From Callorhinchus milii (taxonomy: Eukaryota): a stretch of DNA of 64,000 nucleotides. The notes beneath the pieces are model-generated. The model was not told where the DNA came from. It did not search any database and saw nothing but the letters and a program-made list of their open reading frames with translations. The translations under genes and the position numbers were made by a program. The stretch is taken from the NCBI RefSeq assembly GCF_018977255.1, contig NW_024704743.1:10790001-10854000 (forward strand). Reading direction: 5' to 3'. Positions 9,904 to 22,899 of the stretch are shown one piece after another; the first letter of the stretch is position 1; each line of letters opens with the position of its first letter.

Positions 9904-12466
9904 TAAATTATTATTTGGGGGCTGGAATCTACAAATCTGACTGTGGCCTCTGGTCTCCTCTCTGAGCTCTCTTTGTTTTCTACCGAATTTTGTTTGATCT
10001 AGAAGTACATTTGTACCCAAATGTGCAACTTTTTGCGCTGTCCGATTTGAAGTACTGTTTTTTCTGCTCGTAATATATTCTAAAGGGGTCTATTCATTAT
10101 GCTTACAGTTTTGAAAATGACTGAATGAAGCTAGTTACACCATAATAGTATTGTTGTATTTACAATAGCAGAATATATAAAGAGTAGTCGGGTCAAAAAT
10201 AAGCCACTTAAACATCATTGGGAAAAGTGCCAAGAACAGTCCTTTTTAGTAACGGAATGGATAATCTGACAACATAGCTTTCAATTTAACAGACAAATGG
10301 CTCTTTTAGTGCTGAGAATTATTATAAGACTCTCTAGAAATCATACTGGATGTTTGACTTGATTGATGCAATCTCTCTGACTGTTATTGTACAGATCTGT
10401 TTAAGTGTGGAGTAAGCTAAGGTATAATGAGGTTTCCTGGATTAAGATGTGTGTGGGGGGGCTGTAGGGGCAGGGGGCGGGGAGGAAGAGAAGAGGAAAA
10501 AATATAGGTAAAATCAAGTACTGGTTGAAAGAAGCAACACAAGCCACATTGATTAATGATTCCCAGATCAATCAGTTTAGCAGTTTGACAAAGATGAATG
10601 AAAACATCATCTGTGACAAGGGGAAAAAAGAGTGACAAAGCATCAAACCAGTTGTATGATGATAGCCTGAGCCCTGATAGAGAAATGATAGATCTTCACA
10701 ATACAGTAGCTCCTTTGATGGATTTGCAAAAAAAAATGCACAGTATCTATTTCCCTGAAGTGACCTAGTTTTTTTTATATATATATATATAGAAGGGAGG
10801 GAGGGAGGGAGCGGGAGAGAGAGGGCCGGTGGGCAGGCAGGCAATATATATGTGATAAAGTAAATTGTGCCTGCCTTGGTAGCACGCTAACAGACAGGAA
10901 GGGCCAGTATGATTTTACCTTGTAATACAATTAAATGCAGTACGGTCTCGGAGTCAGAAATGGTAGGATTATTGTCAGTGTAGAGTCTGTGAGAATGTTC
11001 AAGAAAAGGAGCAGATATATATTTGGCTAGTATCGGGAGGGTAACGGGAGGCTTGGAGAAAAAGAAGACAAGTAATAATAATCCTTACATTTAATATAGC
11101 ACCTTATCACATCTTTGAGACGTCTCAAAGCACTTCACGGAATATACTGTAAACTGGATTGGGTAAAACGTTCACAAAATACACATTTATTAAAAAAAAG
11201 ATAAATTTATAAATTTATTATACATATATAAAAAATGGTGTTTTATTAGTCGCCAATGACCTAAGGAAATGAACGAGCAGCCTAGAGGGGTAAAATGGCC
11301 TTTTCCTGTTATAATAATAATCATTATCATATTCCTTGCACTTGATAAAGTTCCTTTCAAGTCTTGAAGTACATCGCAGGATTTATTGTTAAGTGTAGTG
11401 ACTGTGTATTTTGTAGACCTACCTTCCAAGGTACAAAAATAATTTCAAGGTCTTTGATGATTCTATTGAATAACGGATCAGCAATAATCAAGTGTAGAAT
11501 AATCATCATTGGCAAAAGTCTCTGCCAGTATTAAGTGCATGACTCCTAGTCTGACAATTACTGGGATTTTATTGAAAATGACAGGTAAAATTCACCTGTT
11601 GACTTACACTGCAGGATTTGGTTGTTCTAGAGGAATTTTCACAGCTAAATGAGAAACTGTGAAGTTACTGTGAATTCTGTGAAGTGGCTTTGAAATATCA
11701 TCCCAACATGAAAGGCACTACTTCAAATACAAGGGCTACTAGTATTATTATGATTATTATTATTGCTGTAAAAGTGCTCCTGCTTCGTCAATCCTGTAGC
11801 TGCTCATAAGCCACCATGACAGGGATGAAAAAGGAATTGATCTCAACAGGAAAAAATATTAATCATTGTTACATTTTATACAGAGCCTTTCACATCAGGA
11901 GGTCATCCTAAAGCACTTTATAGGATATGGCAAAGTGCTTTAAAGTGTACTTAATACTGTAAAGTATAAATCAAAATAAACTCTATAAAGTAGAATAATT
12001 TCACAATAATTCCTGTAAAGCGCTTTGAAATGTCCTTCAGGCATGATAAGATGTTATGCTAAATGCAAGGATGATGATGATTATAAAGTATACTGACTGT
12101 ATTTGTAGGCAAAACAAATGTATGGTGCATTTCATCCAGCAAGAGATTCAAGGTCTCACAAGCCAAGTTGACTTGTGCGACCTTGAATCTGAGGTCTCTA
12201 CAGACATTAGTAAAGCATACTTGGGATTCCTACAAGAGATGCATTTTATATTGCTAATGTCCTTTTTTTGGGTGTTGAGCTGCTGTTAATTTTGCTGTGT
12301 TCCTGACTAGTCGTTTTTTCAATCCCAATGTATAAATTGCTAAGTGTAAAATAATTATTATGGCTGCAAGAAATTGTGGAGGAAGTGTGTGTTACATGGA
12401 ACTAGTTCAATGTTTACAATCAGCAGATTCACTCATAACTTGGTTGCACTGTGCATTTCGTTTATT

Positions 12467-12849
12467 GGAGTCCTGTGGCTACTAGGTGGTTAGAGCACTC
12501 GCCTCGCAAGCGAGAGACCTGGGTTTGATTCCCAGCAGGGCAAAATGTTGGGTAAGTTTTCTTACTCCTCCACTCTGTTTACCTAGCAGTAAGTAGGAAC
12601 CCAGTTGTTAGTCGATTGGCGGATTGCTTTTCCAAGGGTAATAATTCCTTCAAAAAATAATAATAATAATAATAAATTGGTCACTTCAATCCACAACTGT
12701 TTGTGGGACACTGCTGAGCACAATTGGCTGCCATGTTTCGCCCACAAAATATACAGTCAATTCACCTTTACAATATGTTCTGTGAAGCGCTTTGAGACAT
12801 CTCAAAGATGTGATAAGGCGCTATATCAAATGCAAGGAATATTATTATT
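12467..12849 (+). mobile_element. SINE-B, full length
   Basis: Head with CTCGC-CTCGCAA-GCGAG arm, internal ctctgtttacctagcagtaagtaggaacccag segment, L2-type tail. Confidence 0.92.
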
Positions 12850-12919
12850 GTGAATGCTTGCTGATATTTTAAACTGTATTAGACTGAGCTACTACATCTG
12901 TGAAATACACTCCTTTATA

Positions 12920-13510
12920 TAATACTAATCCTTTTTATTTGATATAGCTTTTATAATGTCAAAATAACTCAAAACACTTCACAGTTGAAGTGTGGTAGCT
13001 GTGTATTTGTAGGTAAACATAGCAACCAATTTGTACATAGCAAGGTCCATCAATCATCGTTAAGTGAATAACCAATTTAACTGATGGTCACGATGCCAGG
13101 AGAAATAATAATAATCCTTTTGATTTAGCGCCTTAACACATCATTGATATGTCTGAAAGCGCTTCACAAAATGTATTGTAAAGTGTAGTGACTGCATATT
13201 TTGTGGGTGAAACGTGGCAGCCAGTTGTGTATAGCAGTGTCCCACAGTTGTGGATTGAGTGACCAAATATATATTTTTGAAGGTATTATTATCCATGGAA
13301 AGTGATCTGCCAATCAACTAACAACCAGGTTCCTACATACCGCTAGGTAACCGAGGTGTGAAGGAAAATGCACCCCACCCCTTTGGTAAGGAGAAGTGCC
13401 TATTGGTAAGGAGAAGTGCCCTTCTCCTTACCAATAGGATTTTGCCATTCACCTGATCAGGCAGATGGGACCTTCGTTTAACATCTCATTGAAAGAATGG
13501 CATCTCAACC
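12920..13510 (-). mobile_element. SINE-C remnant interrupted by SINE-B (about 13105-13380, -)
   Basis: SINE-C breaks at gccaggagaaa and resumes at cccttctcc...cacctgatcaggcagatgggacc. The SINE-B tail and body lie in between. Confidence 0.75.
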
Positions 13511-13685
13511 ATACCTCCCACCACCACCACCTGATCCCATTGACACATCCGTTTCCTAATCTCCTTCAAGATCCACCTCAGAATCTTTATTTTTGAACAC
13601 GCTTTTGTCCATCTCCCTCCACCCCACCTACACACACCTCGGCTCCCATCTCCTTGGCCCCCACCCTTGCATGTCCAACTTCTAG

Positions 13686-13930
13686 CGGTTGTTAGTCAAT
13701 TGGAGGATCGCTTTCTGGGGGTAATAATTCCAGGGGTAAAGAAAAAAATAATTTGGTCACTCACTCCACAACTATTTTTGTGACTCTGCTGTGCACAATT
13801 GACTGCCGCATTTCACCCACAAAATACAGTCAATCCACTTTACTGTATATCCTGTGAAGCGCTTTGAGATGTGTCAAAAATGTGATAAAGCACTATCAAA
13901 TGCAAGTATTATTATTTATTTATTATTATG
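13686..13930 (+). mobile_element. SINE-B, 5' truncated
   Basis: ggttgttagtcaattggaggatcgctttctgggggtaataattcc... through the tail. Confidence 0.85.
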
Positions 13931-14340
13931 TCTGATGTACAATGATCTATCTTCAGCTTCAATTTCCTGGTTTATAGTTGCCCGTGATTCAATTTGACTT
14001 GGGATGCCCTCAAGGCACTATATAAATGTAAATTTGTATTGTGTTGTATTGGAATGCCAGCATGGATTATAAGACTAGTCAATGGCAGCAGATGTTGCAA
14101 ATGTCAGCTTTAGTTTCTGGCAAGTAGGCATGTCCTGATAGTTGGCAGAAATCCATTTTACTGAATACTGCATGAGTACTCACAACCCAGCCCATCAGAC
14201 AAACAAATAAAAACTTCATTTATATAGCACCTTTCACACGAGGAAGCATCTCAGAGCACTTGTTGCATCTCAAACTTTCTCTGTACAATTCTTCATTGTC
14301 TCATTCTTAGTGAAGAATTTAAGTTTATTTTCTTCCTCTC

Positions 14341-14372
14341 TGTGTGTTTGTGTGTGTGTGTGTGTGTGTGTC
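14341..14372. repeat. (TG)n microsatellite
   Basis: Visible dinucleotide run. Confidence 0.9.
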
Positions 14373-14619
14373 TGTCTGTCTCCTTGCTACCAAAACAACA
14401 GACTCTTATCATTGTACAAATGATAAACTTAGGCGCTGCCATGGAGATGCTAATGTCAGCTATAGTGCCTGTCCTGGCACTCTGAACACATCAAGTTCGA
14501 CAACCTATTGGCTCTCCATGTTTCCAACAAAGGTGGGAGCTGGAGAGAGGGCTATTTAAACAGAGAGTTAATTAGAGGTAAACTTAGCCATTAGATGAGT
14601 TGTTGTTTCCCAGCTACAC

Positions 14620-15940
14620 GCAGTCCTCTCCCATCACTTCCTCTACGAACCCCTCCAATCAGGTTTCCGTGCTGCCCACAGCACAAAAACAGTCTTGGTC
14701 AAAGTGACAAATTACATTTTGTCCATCTGTGACTAGGGCTTCCTCTATCTCCTCATCCTCCTTGACCTCTCTGCTGCCTTCGACACTATCCTCCTCCGCC
14801 ACCTCTCCTCTCAGCTCAACCTTCATAGTTCTGCCCTTGACGGGTTCCAATCTTACCTTTAGCAATGTCTCCACTTAGTCTCCATGAACGGCTTCTCCTC
14901 CAGCCCCCACACCATCTCGTGCAGTGTTCCTCAGGGTTCTGTCCTTGGTCCTCTCCTCTTCAACTTGATGAAATCATCCCCAGACGTGGGGTCAACTTCC
15001 ACATGTATGCAGGTGACACCCAGCTCTATCTTTCTGCGTCCACCCTCAACTCCAGAATGCCTGTCAGACATCAAGTCCTGGATGAAAGCTAACTTTCTGC
15101 AGTTGAATGTCAACAACAACAGCAACAAAATTATATTTGTATAGCGCCTTTCACGTCGGGAGGACGTCCCAAGACCGAGGCCCTACTGATTGCCTCCCAT
15201 CAGAGCCTCCACACTTCAGATACTGGCAGCATCACCATCCATGGATGCACACTCTATCTCACTGAGCCAATCTGGAACCTTGTTGTCTTGTTTGACCCTT
15301 AACTGTCCTTTTTGTGACCTGCTCTGCCTCCCCCCACCTCAGCAACATTGTTCGGCTCTGCCACTGCCTCATCCCTCAGGCTGCCGAGACCCTCATACAT
15401 ACATTCAATACATCTTGCCTTGGTTACAATTAATTCCCTGCTTGTCAGCCTTCCCAACTCTTCCCTTCACAAGCTGCAGATCATTCAGAACTCTGCAGCC
15501 TGTGTCCTCTCCTGCACCCTATCACCCCCATCCTTGCCCGTCTCCACTGGCTCCCCATCCCTCAGAGGACGAAGTTAAAAATCCTTGTCCTTGCCTTCAA
15601 AGCCCTCCCTGGCCTTGCTGCTCCCTATCGCTGTGACCTGATAACTCCACATCGACCTGTCTGCTACCTGACCCAGCCTTCAGCCACTCTGCCTCCACCC
15701 TTTGGAACTCAATCCTACAGTCCCTTTGCTTTACCCCCTTCCTTGCCTCCATCCAGCATGTCTCAAGACCCTCCTCTTCAACCACGCCTTAGGCCACCCT
15801 CCTACCCCTATTTTCCGTGCCCTCCATCCCTCCTGATCTCAACCTCCTGCTCAGGTTCAAATTCCTGACTATCCTGCGCCTTGGGACATCGTCTCGACAT
15901 GAAAGGTGCTATACAAATGTAATTTGTTGTTGTTGTTGTA
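14620..15940 (+). mobile_element. Older L2 (L2-b) RT-to-3' fragment, heavily deleted
   Basis: [41 protein letters not shown] and FLQLNV.KTEALLI remnants; (TTG)n tail at 15925-15939. Confidence 0.92.
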
Positions 15941-16709
15941 AGAATTTTTCAGTTCTCTGAAATTCTGCGCTCTTAAACAAAAACGATAGCTTTTACAGGC
16001 CTCAAGTTTCAAATCCCAAAAGACGCTAATAGAAATGAATACACAAGATGCTCCCCCTATAAGTCAGCCACCTCTTGCAATTGTCTCCTGAAATTTAGCT
16101 GTAAAAAGCTGCACAGTCTGAAAGAACATTGCTACAATGCTTGCAGTGGATTTGTATTTTCACTACTGTTATCAATTGTCTGATCTGAGCCATCCCCCGA
16201 GCTATAATAACAGCAGCAGCACAAGTTCTTTTAAGCTGTTCTCCAATTTGTGCTGGCTCTCCACCATCCCATTTGAAGTGACATAGCCTTTAATGGGCTT
16301 TGACAGAATCAAGCGTTTATGTTCAACTGTAGAAAATTATGTCTTTTATAGGGGGCAATAAAAAAGAAATTCAATACTCCAAATTAAGTCTAGTTTACAA
16401 GTTACACTTAGTCAACTGAACACGTCCAAGATCAAACCATTAATAACATTTCAGTGCTTTGAGAAAAGGGGGCTCGGGAAGAGATAAATAAAATCGAAAG
16501 TATATTTCTGTTCTTTTGTCTGCCCAAGAAACATGTCCCATCGGTCTGCAATTAAAGAAGGAAACATTCCCCTAATGGTTCAATGGGTAAACAGGCTGCA
16601 ATGTTGTAGGTTTGAATCTTGATTTAGCTGATCTCAGTCGGGGCAGCCTTTGCCCCAGGCCCTGGTTTAGCGAGAGTAAAATCAGACAACAACAAAAACA
16701 ACAACAAAT

Positions 16710-16862
16710 TGATTCAGGGAGCAGACAGTGTTTCAAGAACAAATTAGATAGATTTCTGCTAAAAAAAAAAAAAATCTCAGGATACGACTGCCCAGATAGT
16801 GGAAGATGAACTGGATGGATCTTGGTCTTCTTTTACCTAGCAAATTCTTATGTTCTTATGAT
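16710..16862 (+). mobile_element. CR1 3' UTR fragment
   Basis: FKNKLDRFL remnant and (TTCTTATG)2 tail. Confidence 0.7.
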
Positions 16863-18244
16863 CCTGGGCAGAGCAAAAACTCAGATAACCTTCCTGTAAG
16901 ATGCTTCTGTGGGGATAGTAGTTGAGAATGGCATCAGACTTGTCTGTGAAGTCTGCCGTGGTCACACTCACTGTCAAGGCTGAATAATGACTACGTGAGG
17001 ATATGGGATGGAACCTGACATTGTGGACGATAATTCAGTTAAAAAAAAGAGTTAAGCACGGTCAGGAGAGGAGCTGAAATTGGTGAAGAGAAAATGAATG
17101 TAGGAAGGATTAGCTGAATGGGTAAGTAATCTTACTTTGATCCCTAATTTACAGAGAAAATTGTTACATAAACTATGAACCTTAACAATGACATCTGCAA
17201 GGATTCCTTGGTCAATAGCTTGACCCCGAAAGATCATTTGTATTGAGTTAACTGCTACCTGGAGGCTAAGGACCAAAGAACTGCAAATGTAGCTGCACGA
17301 TTGCTTGACAGCTGGTTCAATAGATTTACAATTGCAAGATCAATGTATTGAGCTATTAGTTTGCGTATAATGGAAATCTTTGCCAAACAAAGCCATGGCA
17401 TAGCATGTCCTTTGTTGCTGGGAACATAAAGCAACCTTTTGGGCCAAACCATTAAAATCAAAATGAAATGACTTTCGGATCCGCCACTGTTCTAATCCAT
17501 TTCCCGATTTCTTTCAATGCACTGTAAAAAACAGACAGATCCATGTTCTGTTCATGTTGTAATCCTCTCCAGTAGACTCAAGTGAATCTTCAACAATCTT
17601 TCACAGAATAAAAAAAAGCTGGTACGGGGAAAAGAATCTGATAATTGCTCTCTTTCTTGGCACATTATCTCACATCACTTGGTTTGGTCACAATGCTTGT
17701 CACAACTCCAGTGAGTTTGAACATCACTGTTGTTTTTAAATCACCTATTCATTTGTGCCCCTCCATCCATGCAGAATTAGCTACCTCAGACAAATGGAGA
17801 AATGACGGAATAACATCAGACTGACAAGCTTCTACTCAGTCACCTTGAAACGTGAAATCAGAAGTACAGTGTCTGGGAAACACTGGCAGAAAGGAACTGC
17901 ACAGTAACAGTGACTCAGCAGCCAACCAACTCAACACACCTGCAGGGAATATTCAAGTGATTCTCAAACACTCAGGAGTAATTACACTTCACATTATCCC
18001 ATCTCATTACTCAATGCAGATTACGGGTACAGCTCAGGCAAAATGATTGGAAAGTAATGCCTCCAAAAAATATATGCATATATTATTATCCATTTATACC
18101 AAGCTTTTAGTATTGATTTGGCACAATTTTTTACATTGAATAATTACCAACAGTGAATCTGGCTTCAGAGACAAAGAGGTTCTCTTTACAATGTAGTATT
18201 TCACAATAAGCACGGGAACACGTCAGAATGGATACCCACAGGTC

Positions 18245-18620
18245 AGTGTTAAGAAATAAGACTTTAAATTCAGAGTCGAGGCGACACTCTAATGCATGAT
18301 GATTGGAGAACACCGTATTGCCAGAGGTGCTTTGGAATGATACATTAAACCAAGGTCCCATCTGCCTGTTCAGGTGTAGGATAAAAATCCCACGGCAATA
18401 GATGAATAAAGAAGGCAGTTTCTCCCTGTGCCCTGGCCAACACTCCCCAGATAATACTGATAGTTCATTTCATGACTGTTTATGGGAGATTGATGCGAGC
18501 AAATTGGCTGTGTCATTAGCCTACAAAGCATACAGTCACAGGAACTCCTGAGATGCACTTTGAGATGTCTCAATGATGTGATAAAAACTATATCAAATGC
18601 AAGGTTTACTATATTATATT
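18245..18620 (+). mobile_element. SINE-C
   Basis: gaggtgctttggaatgatacattaaaccaaggtcccatctgcctgttcaggtg...aaaaatcccacggca...ccctggccaac plus tail. Confidence 0.8.
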
Positions 18621-19339
18621 ATAAATAATAAAATATGATAATAATCCTTACATTTAATAAAATGCCTTATCATGTTGTTGAGAAATGTCAAAGTGCTTCA
18701 CAGGAGTTGCTGTAGAGTGTAGTGATTGTGTGTTTTTTAGGCAAATACCTCAAATTAGATGGCCATAGGTTCAATGTTACACCATTCTCTTGAACTACCT
18801 CCAGGGATGTCCTTGAAATGGATTTGATACATGGGTTTTAGTATAAACAGGATCACACTGTAACAAAGTAGAAATAACTTATAAACTTTAACATTTAAGC
18901 TTGAAAGTCCTTGGGCAGCCCAGTTCACCAACCTTAAGCTTATTATTGTATAGGCGGCTGTATTCCTATCTCTTTAATACATGAAACAGCAAAGCAGCAT
19001 TCAATGGCAGTGTTGTACACAAATAAACTCAGCCCTTGGCCGGGGCGACTGGGAGATGTTAAGTATAAATCAGGTTTACTGCTCTAAATCTATACAGTCG
19101 GAAGCAATGTCAATCTGCTCCAACAGTATTAAAAATCTTTACAATAAGCAACAAGACAGACTCCAAGTGAACATGGGATAAACAGTGATGAAAGGTTAGG
19201 GAAACACGTAAGAAATACCTTCGGCAAATGAGGTGGATGAGGAGAAACTGTATGTGTGGGCTCCCAGGATGACGAAAAAGGAAGTGAGAGGTGATAAGAC
19301 TTGGGGTATTCCTTTTTTCCTCACCTGCATCTGCAATAC

Positions 19340-20066
19340 ATTAGAATACACAGCACAGAAACGGGCCATTCGGCCCAACTGGTCTATGCCGGTGTTTATG
19401 CTCCACATGAGCCTCCTCCTGCCCTTCCTCAACTAAGCCTTCAAGCATAACCTTCTATTCCTTTCTCTCTCATGTACCTCTCTAGCTTCCCTTTAAATAC
19501 ATCTATGCTATTTGCCTCAACAACTCCTTGTGGTAGTATGTTCCACATTCCCACTACTCTATCTTCTAACTGCCCTATTTGATCTATTTGTGACTATTTT
19601 ATACTGATGGCCGCTGGTTTTCATCTCCCCCACAAGTGGAAACATCTTCCCTATGTCTACCCTATCAAAACCTTTCATCATTTTGAAGCTCTCTATCAGG
19701 TCACCCTTACCCTCTTTTCAAGAGAAAAGAATCTAAGCATCTTCACCCTTTCCTGATAGCTACAACCTCTCAGTTCTGAGATCATCCTTCTGAATCTCCT
19801 TTGCACCCTCTCCAGTGCCTCTACATCCCTTCTATAATGTAGGGACCAGAACTGCATACAGTATTCTAAGTGTGGTCTAACCAAAGTTCTATAGAAGTTT
19901 ACCATAACTTCCCTGCTTTTCATTTCTAACCCTCTAGAAATGAACCCCAATGCCTGGTTTGCCTTTTTTATGTCCTTATTAATCTGCATTACTACTTTTA
20001 GAGAATTGTGTATCTGTACCCCTAGATACATTTGCTCCTCTACCCCAATTAGGTTTTTATTTTCCA
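19340..20066 (-). mobile_element. CR1 LINE 3' fragment
   Basis: ORF 19696-20031: LGVQIHNSLK...YRTLVRPHLEYCMQFWS...LERVQRRF; CR1 3' UTR gggccgaatggcccgtttctgtgctgt. Confidence 0.95.
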
Positions 20067-21254
20067 GAATGTGAGGAGTTTTGAAGAATTTTGAAGAATG
20101 TGAAGAGTTCTTAAACGGTATTTAAAATGTGCTCAGATTCTACCCCTGCAAATTGCATGAACACTTCAACATTATGAGCAGAGCTTATCATTGCCACCAC
20201 TTTCACATAAATTTACAATTGGACCATTCAGATCTGTTTGGTGGAAACCATTCAAGTCAGTAGTCCGTAAAATATCTCTACTTCATCTTCACAAGGTATT
20301 TTAGTGTTCTGATGTACAGTAATCACACAATCACAACCATAGCCTTTCTTCAAATAGTCAGCCGGGTTCTGGCACATGTGGAAAATAATCATTATCTTAA
20401 GCATACCCAAAGCAGACTGAGAGTTCCACATATATATGCTACCTACTATGGAAATGTCTCTGTGTCATTGAGAGCACTGTGTAGCAAACTTCTTGCTGCA
20501 TGTCCAGATTTGGGTAAAATATCATGGCTAAAATTGCAATCTAACATGATCATGGTATTCTTTATGGAAATGTTTTGATCAAAAACAGATGGGTCCTTTC
20601 TAACGGGTAGAAAATGAAACAACTCTCCATGACAAATGACCCATCATTGCTTAGTAATATTAAAGATGATCTCTGCAGACAGAATTTGCTCCCTTTATCA
20701 TAGGAGAAAAAAAACACCACAATCTTTCTAAACGCAGTGGGATTAACCAGACAGATGAACAAAGAACTGGACTGCACCTGGCTCCAGTACGGATTAAGTC
20801 ATCATTTTTATCTTCCGTGTTTTGTTCTGCAATGCAGCATATGCTCCGCTAGTTGGGATCATTATCATAAGAGAGGACTTCAAGGACCTTGAACAGATTC
20901 AAAGAGATTTTATCTTGGGGGAACCTCTTTTAAATGTAACAAATATGGAAAGAGATTTCATATATAATTTTTGTTATTGATTTTCATGCAACCTCCCCTT
21001 TTCAACACATGAAACCAGTCAACATGTATTTCGCTCATCAAGGTTTCAAAATACCAAATGTTAGCTCTTTGCTACAAATTCAAACACTAAGGAACAACTG
21101 ATCATCAGCCAATTAATCTTAATAGTAGACTGCTTGTGCACACTTTGCACATACATTCTTGGTATAAACAAGATATTTTCCCAAATGTATCACTCATTTT
21201 GATCTTCCTATTCATTTGATTGGAAAAGTGAAAATTTTCATTTCAATATCCACA

Positions 21255-21380
21255 ATTTACATTTATATAGTGCCCTTCATGTAAAATAACATTTCAAAAC
21301 GCTGTGTAGTGGCTGGGATCACTCTCCAAGACGCCATCCGGCATGAATGGTGCTATATAAATGCAAGCTGTCGTTGTTGG
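21255..21380. mobile_element. Back-to-back L2-c tail fragments
   Basis: Minus tail (catttatatagtgcccttcatg) then plus tail (gacgccatccggcatgaatggtgctatataaatgcaagctgtcgttgttg). Confidence 0.7.
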
Positions 21381-21804
21381 AATGACATTGAGCATGGGTA
21401 AGGGAAAATAAATCATAATTTTTTTCAAGTATGCAATACTTTTCCACTACACCCATAGCACTCCTATGTCAAATAAAGTGGGGTATAATTAGAAATAATT
21501 CTTAAAAGAATTTCTTAATAAAGAATTGGAGTTGAGCAAATGGAGATCTCTTATCGTAACTGGAAGGACATCAGGCCAAACTAGGATAACTAAACTCCAA
21601 GGTAATCTACTTCTGAGGGGTGTCCTCATCTTAAGAATTATAACAGGATTCCTGATTAAGAGATCCAGGTAAGAAATATCGCAAGTTAGACCCCAGTATG
21701 GATTAAACACAGAATACAATTTCTGTAACCAATTTGACTTAGAGTTTAAGTCCAGGAGGTAGGTTTTAGAGCGGTTTTGTTCTGTGGACGGATGTAGTAC
21801 ACAT

Positions 21805-22150
21805 TCTGGCTCAGTTGGTAGCACTATCACCTCTGAGTCAGTAGATTGTTGGTTCAGGATCTATATAGGGATTTTGTTCTGTCACATAATTTCAACTAAA
21901 ACTGCAATCCAGTGCTAAATGTTGGAGGTGCCATCCTTCTGACGAAACATTAAAGCGAAGACCTGTCTGCTTGATCAAGTAAATGTTAAAGATATTATGA
22001 CCCTATTAGAAAAGAGAAGGGAGTTTCTCTCAGTGTCCTAGCCAACAAGCTCCAAGTTAAAATTGGTCATCATGGCTATTTGTGGGTCATTGCTGGATGC
22101 AAGTTTGTTGCACATTCTAGATGTTGTATCAAATGTAAGGATTTATTTTG
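21805..22150 (+). mobile_element. SINE-C
   Basis: ctggctcagttggtagcactatcacctctgagtcag...ggaggtgccatccttctgacgaaacattaaagcg...gtgtcctagccaac. Confidence 0.85.
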
Positions 22151-22154
22151 TAGC

Positions 22155-22325
22155 TAACAACAATAATTTACATTTATATAGTGCCCTTCAAGCGGGGTAG
22201 TGTCTCAGAGCTGGGGGAGGGAGGAGGTGATCATAATCACGGTCAAAGAGGAAGGTCTTCATGCATGGTCTGAAAAAGGGGAAACAGGGGACAAGGTGGA
22301 GGGATTGAAAGAGAGAATTCCAAAG
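22155..22325 (-). mobile_element. L2-c 3' fragment
   Basis: catttatatagtgcccttcaagcggggtagtgtctcagag...ggtcaaagaggaaggtctt. Confidence 0.75.
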
Positions 22326-22899
22326 TTATCAGGAAATGGGTTGAGATTTCTTCCGAATCAGTTCTCCGTTTTACTCTAGATCGGTACAGTCAATAGAAAA
22401 GGCTTCCATTCCGTCAGTCTGAGTTTGATTTAAACCTCGGTGGTAAAGATGAAGTGGAAGAGTGGTAATTTATTGCATCACCCAGTTATTGTATACCAAT
22501 GAAATCTACTGTACAAGCAAAAGGGAGCTTTTGACCTTTGGGTGCAATAAAATACATCTGCAAATGAACAGTTAACTTAATAGTTAATATGTTATTTGCC
22601 TTAACCTGTAGATGCGATTCAACCATGCCAGGTTGAAAGCTTAATTGAAAACTAAATGTGGGTTACGTGTTCATTCCCAAGACTTTACCGCAGTTAACTC
22701 TGCCTCAAACCTTGTACAAAGTCTGGTTAAAGTCAACAATTCCACTCTCTCTCCGCCCCCTAATAAAATGTTTTGATATGATTAAAGCAATAGAAAAAAT
22801 GTTCAACATCTGATTCACACCTTTAATAAAAGATAAGATTTATTAACATTTGTTCATTCTTCTGTGAGTGGTTTGGCCTATGAGCAGAGAACTGGAGGA

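Noticed and set aside
10835..10877. ggcaggca...tgcctgcc hairpin as a pre-miRNA
   Set aside because: The stem is too short and no known mature miRNA is recognisable.
21939..21950. ctgacgaaac as a second hammerhead
   Set aside because: No stem II between the boxes. It is a mutated SINE-C motif (ggatgagacgttaaa).
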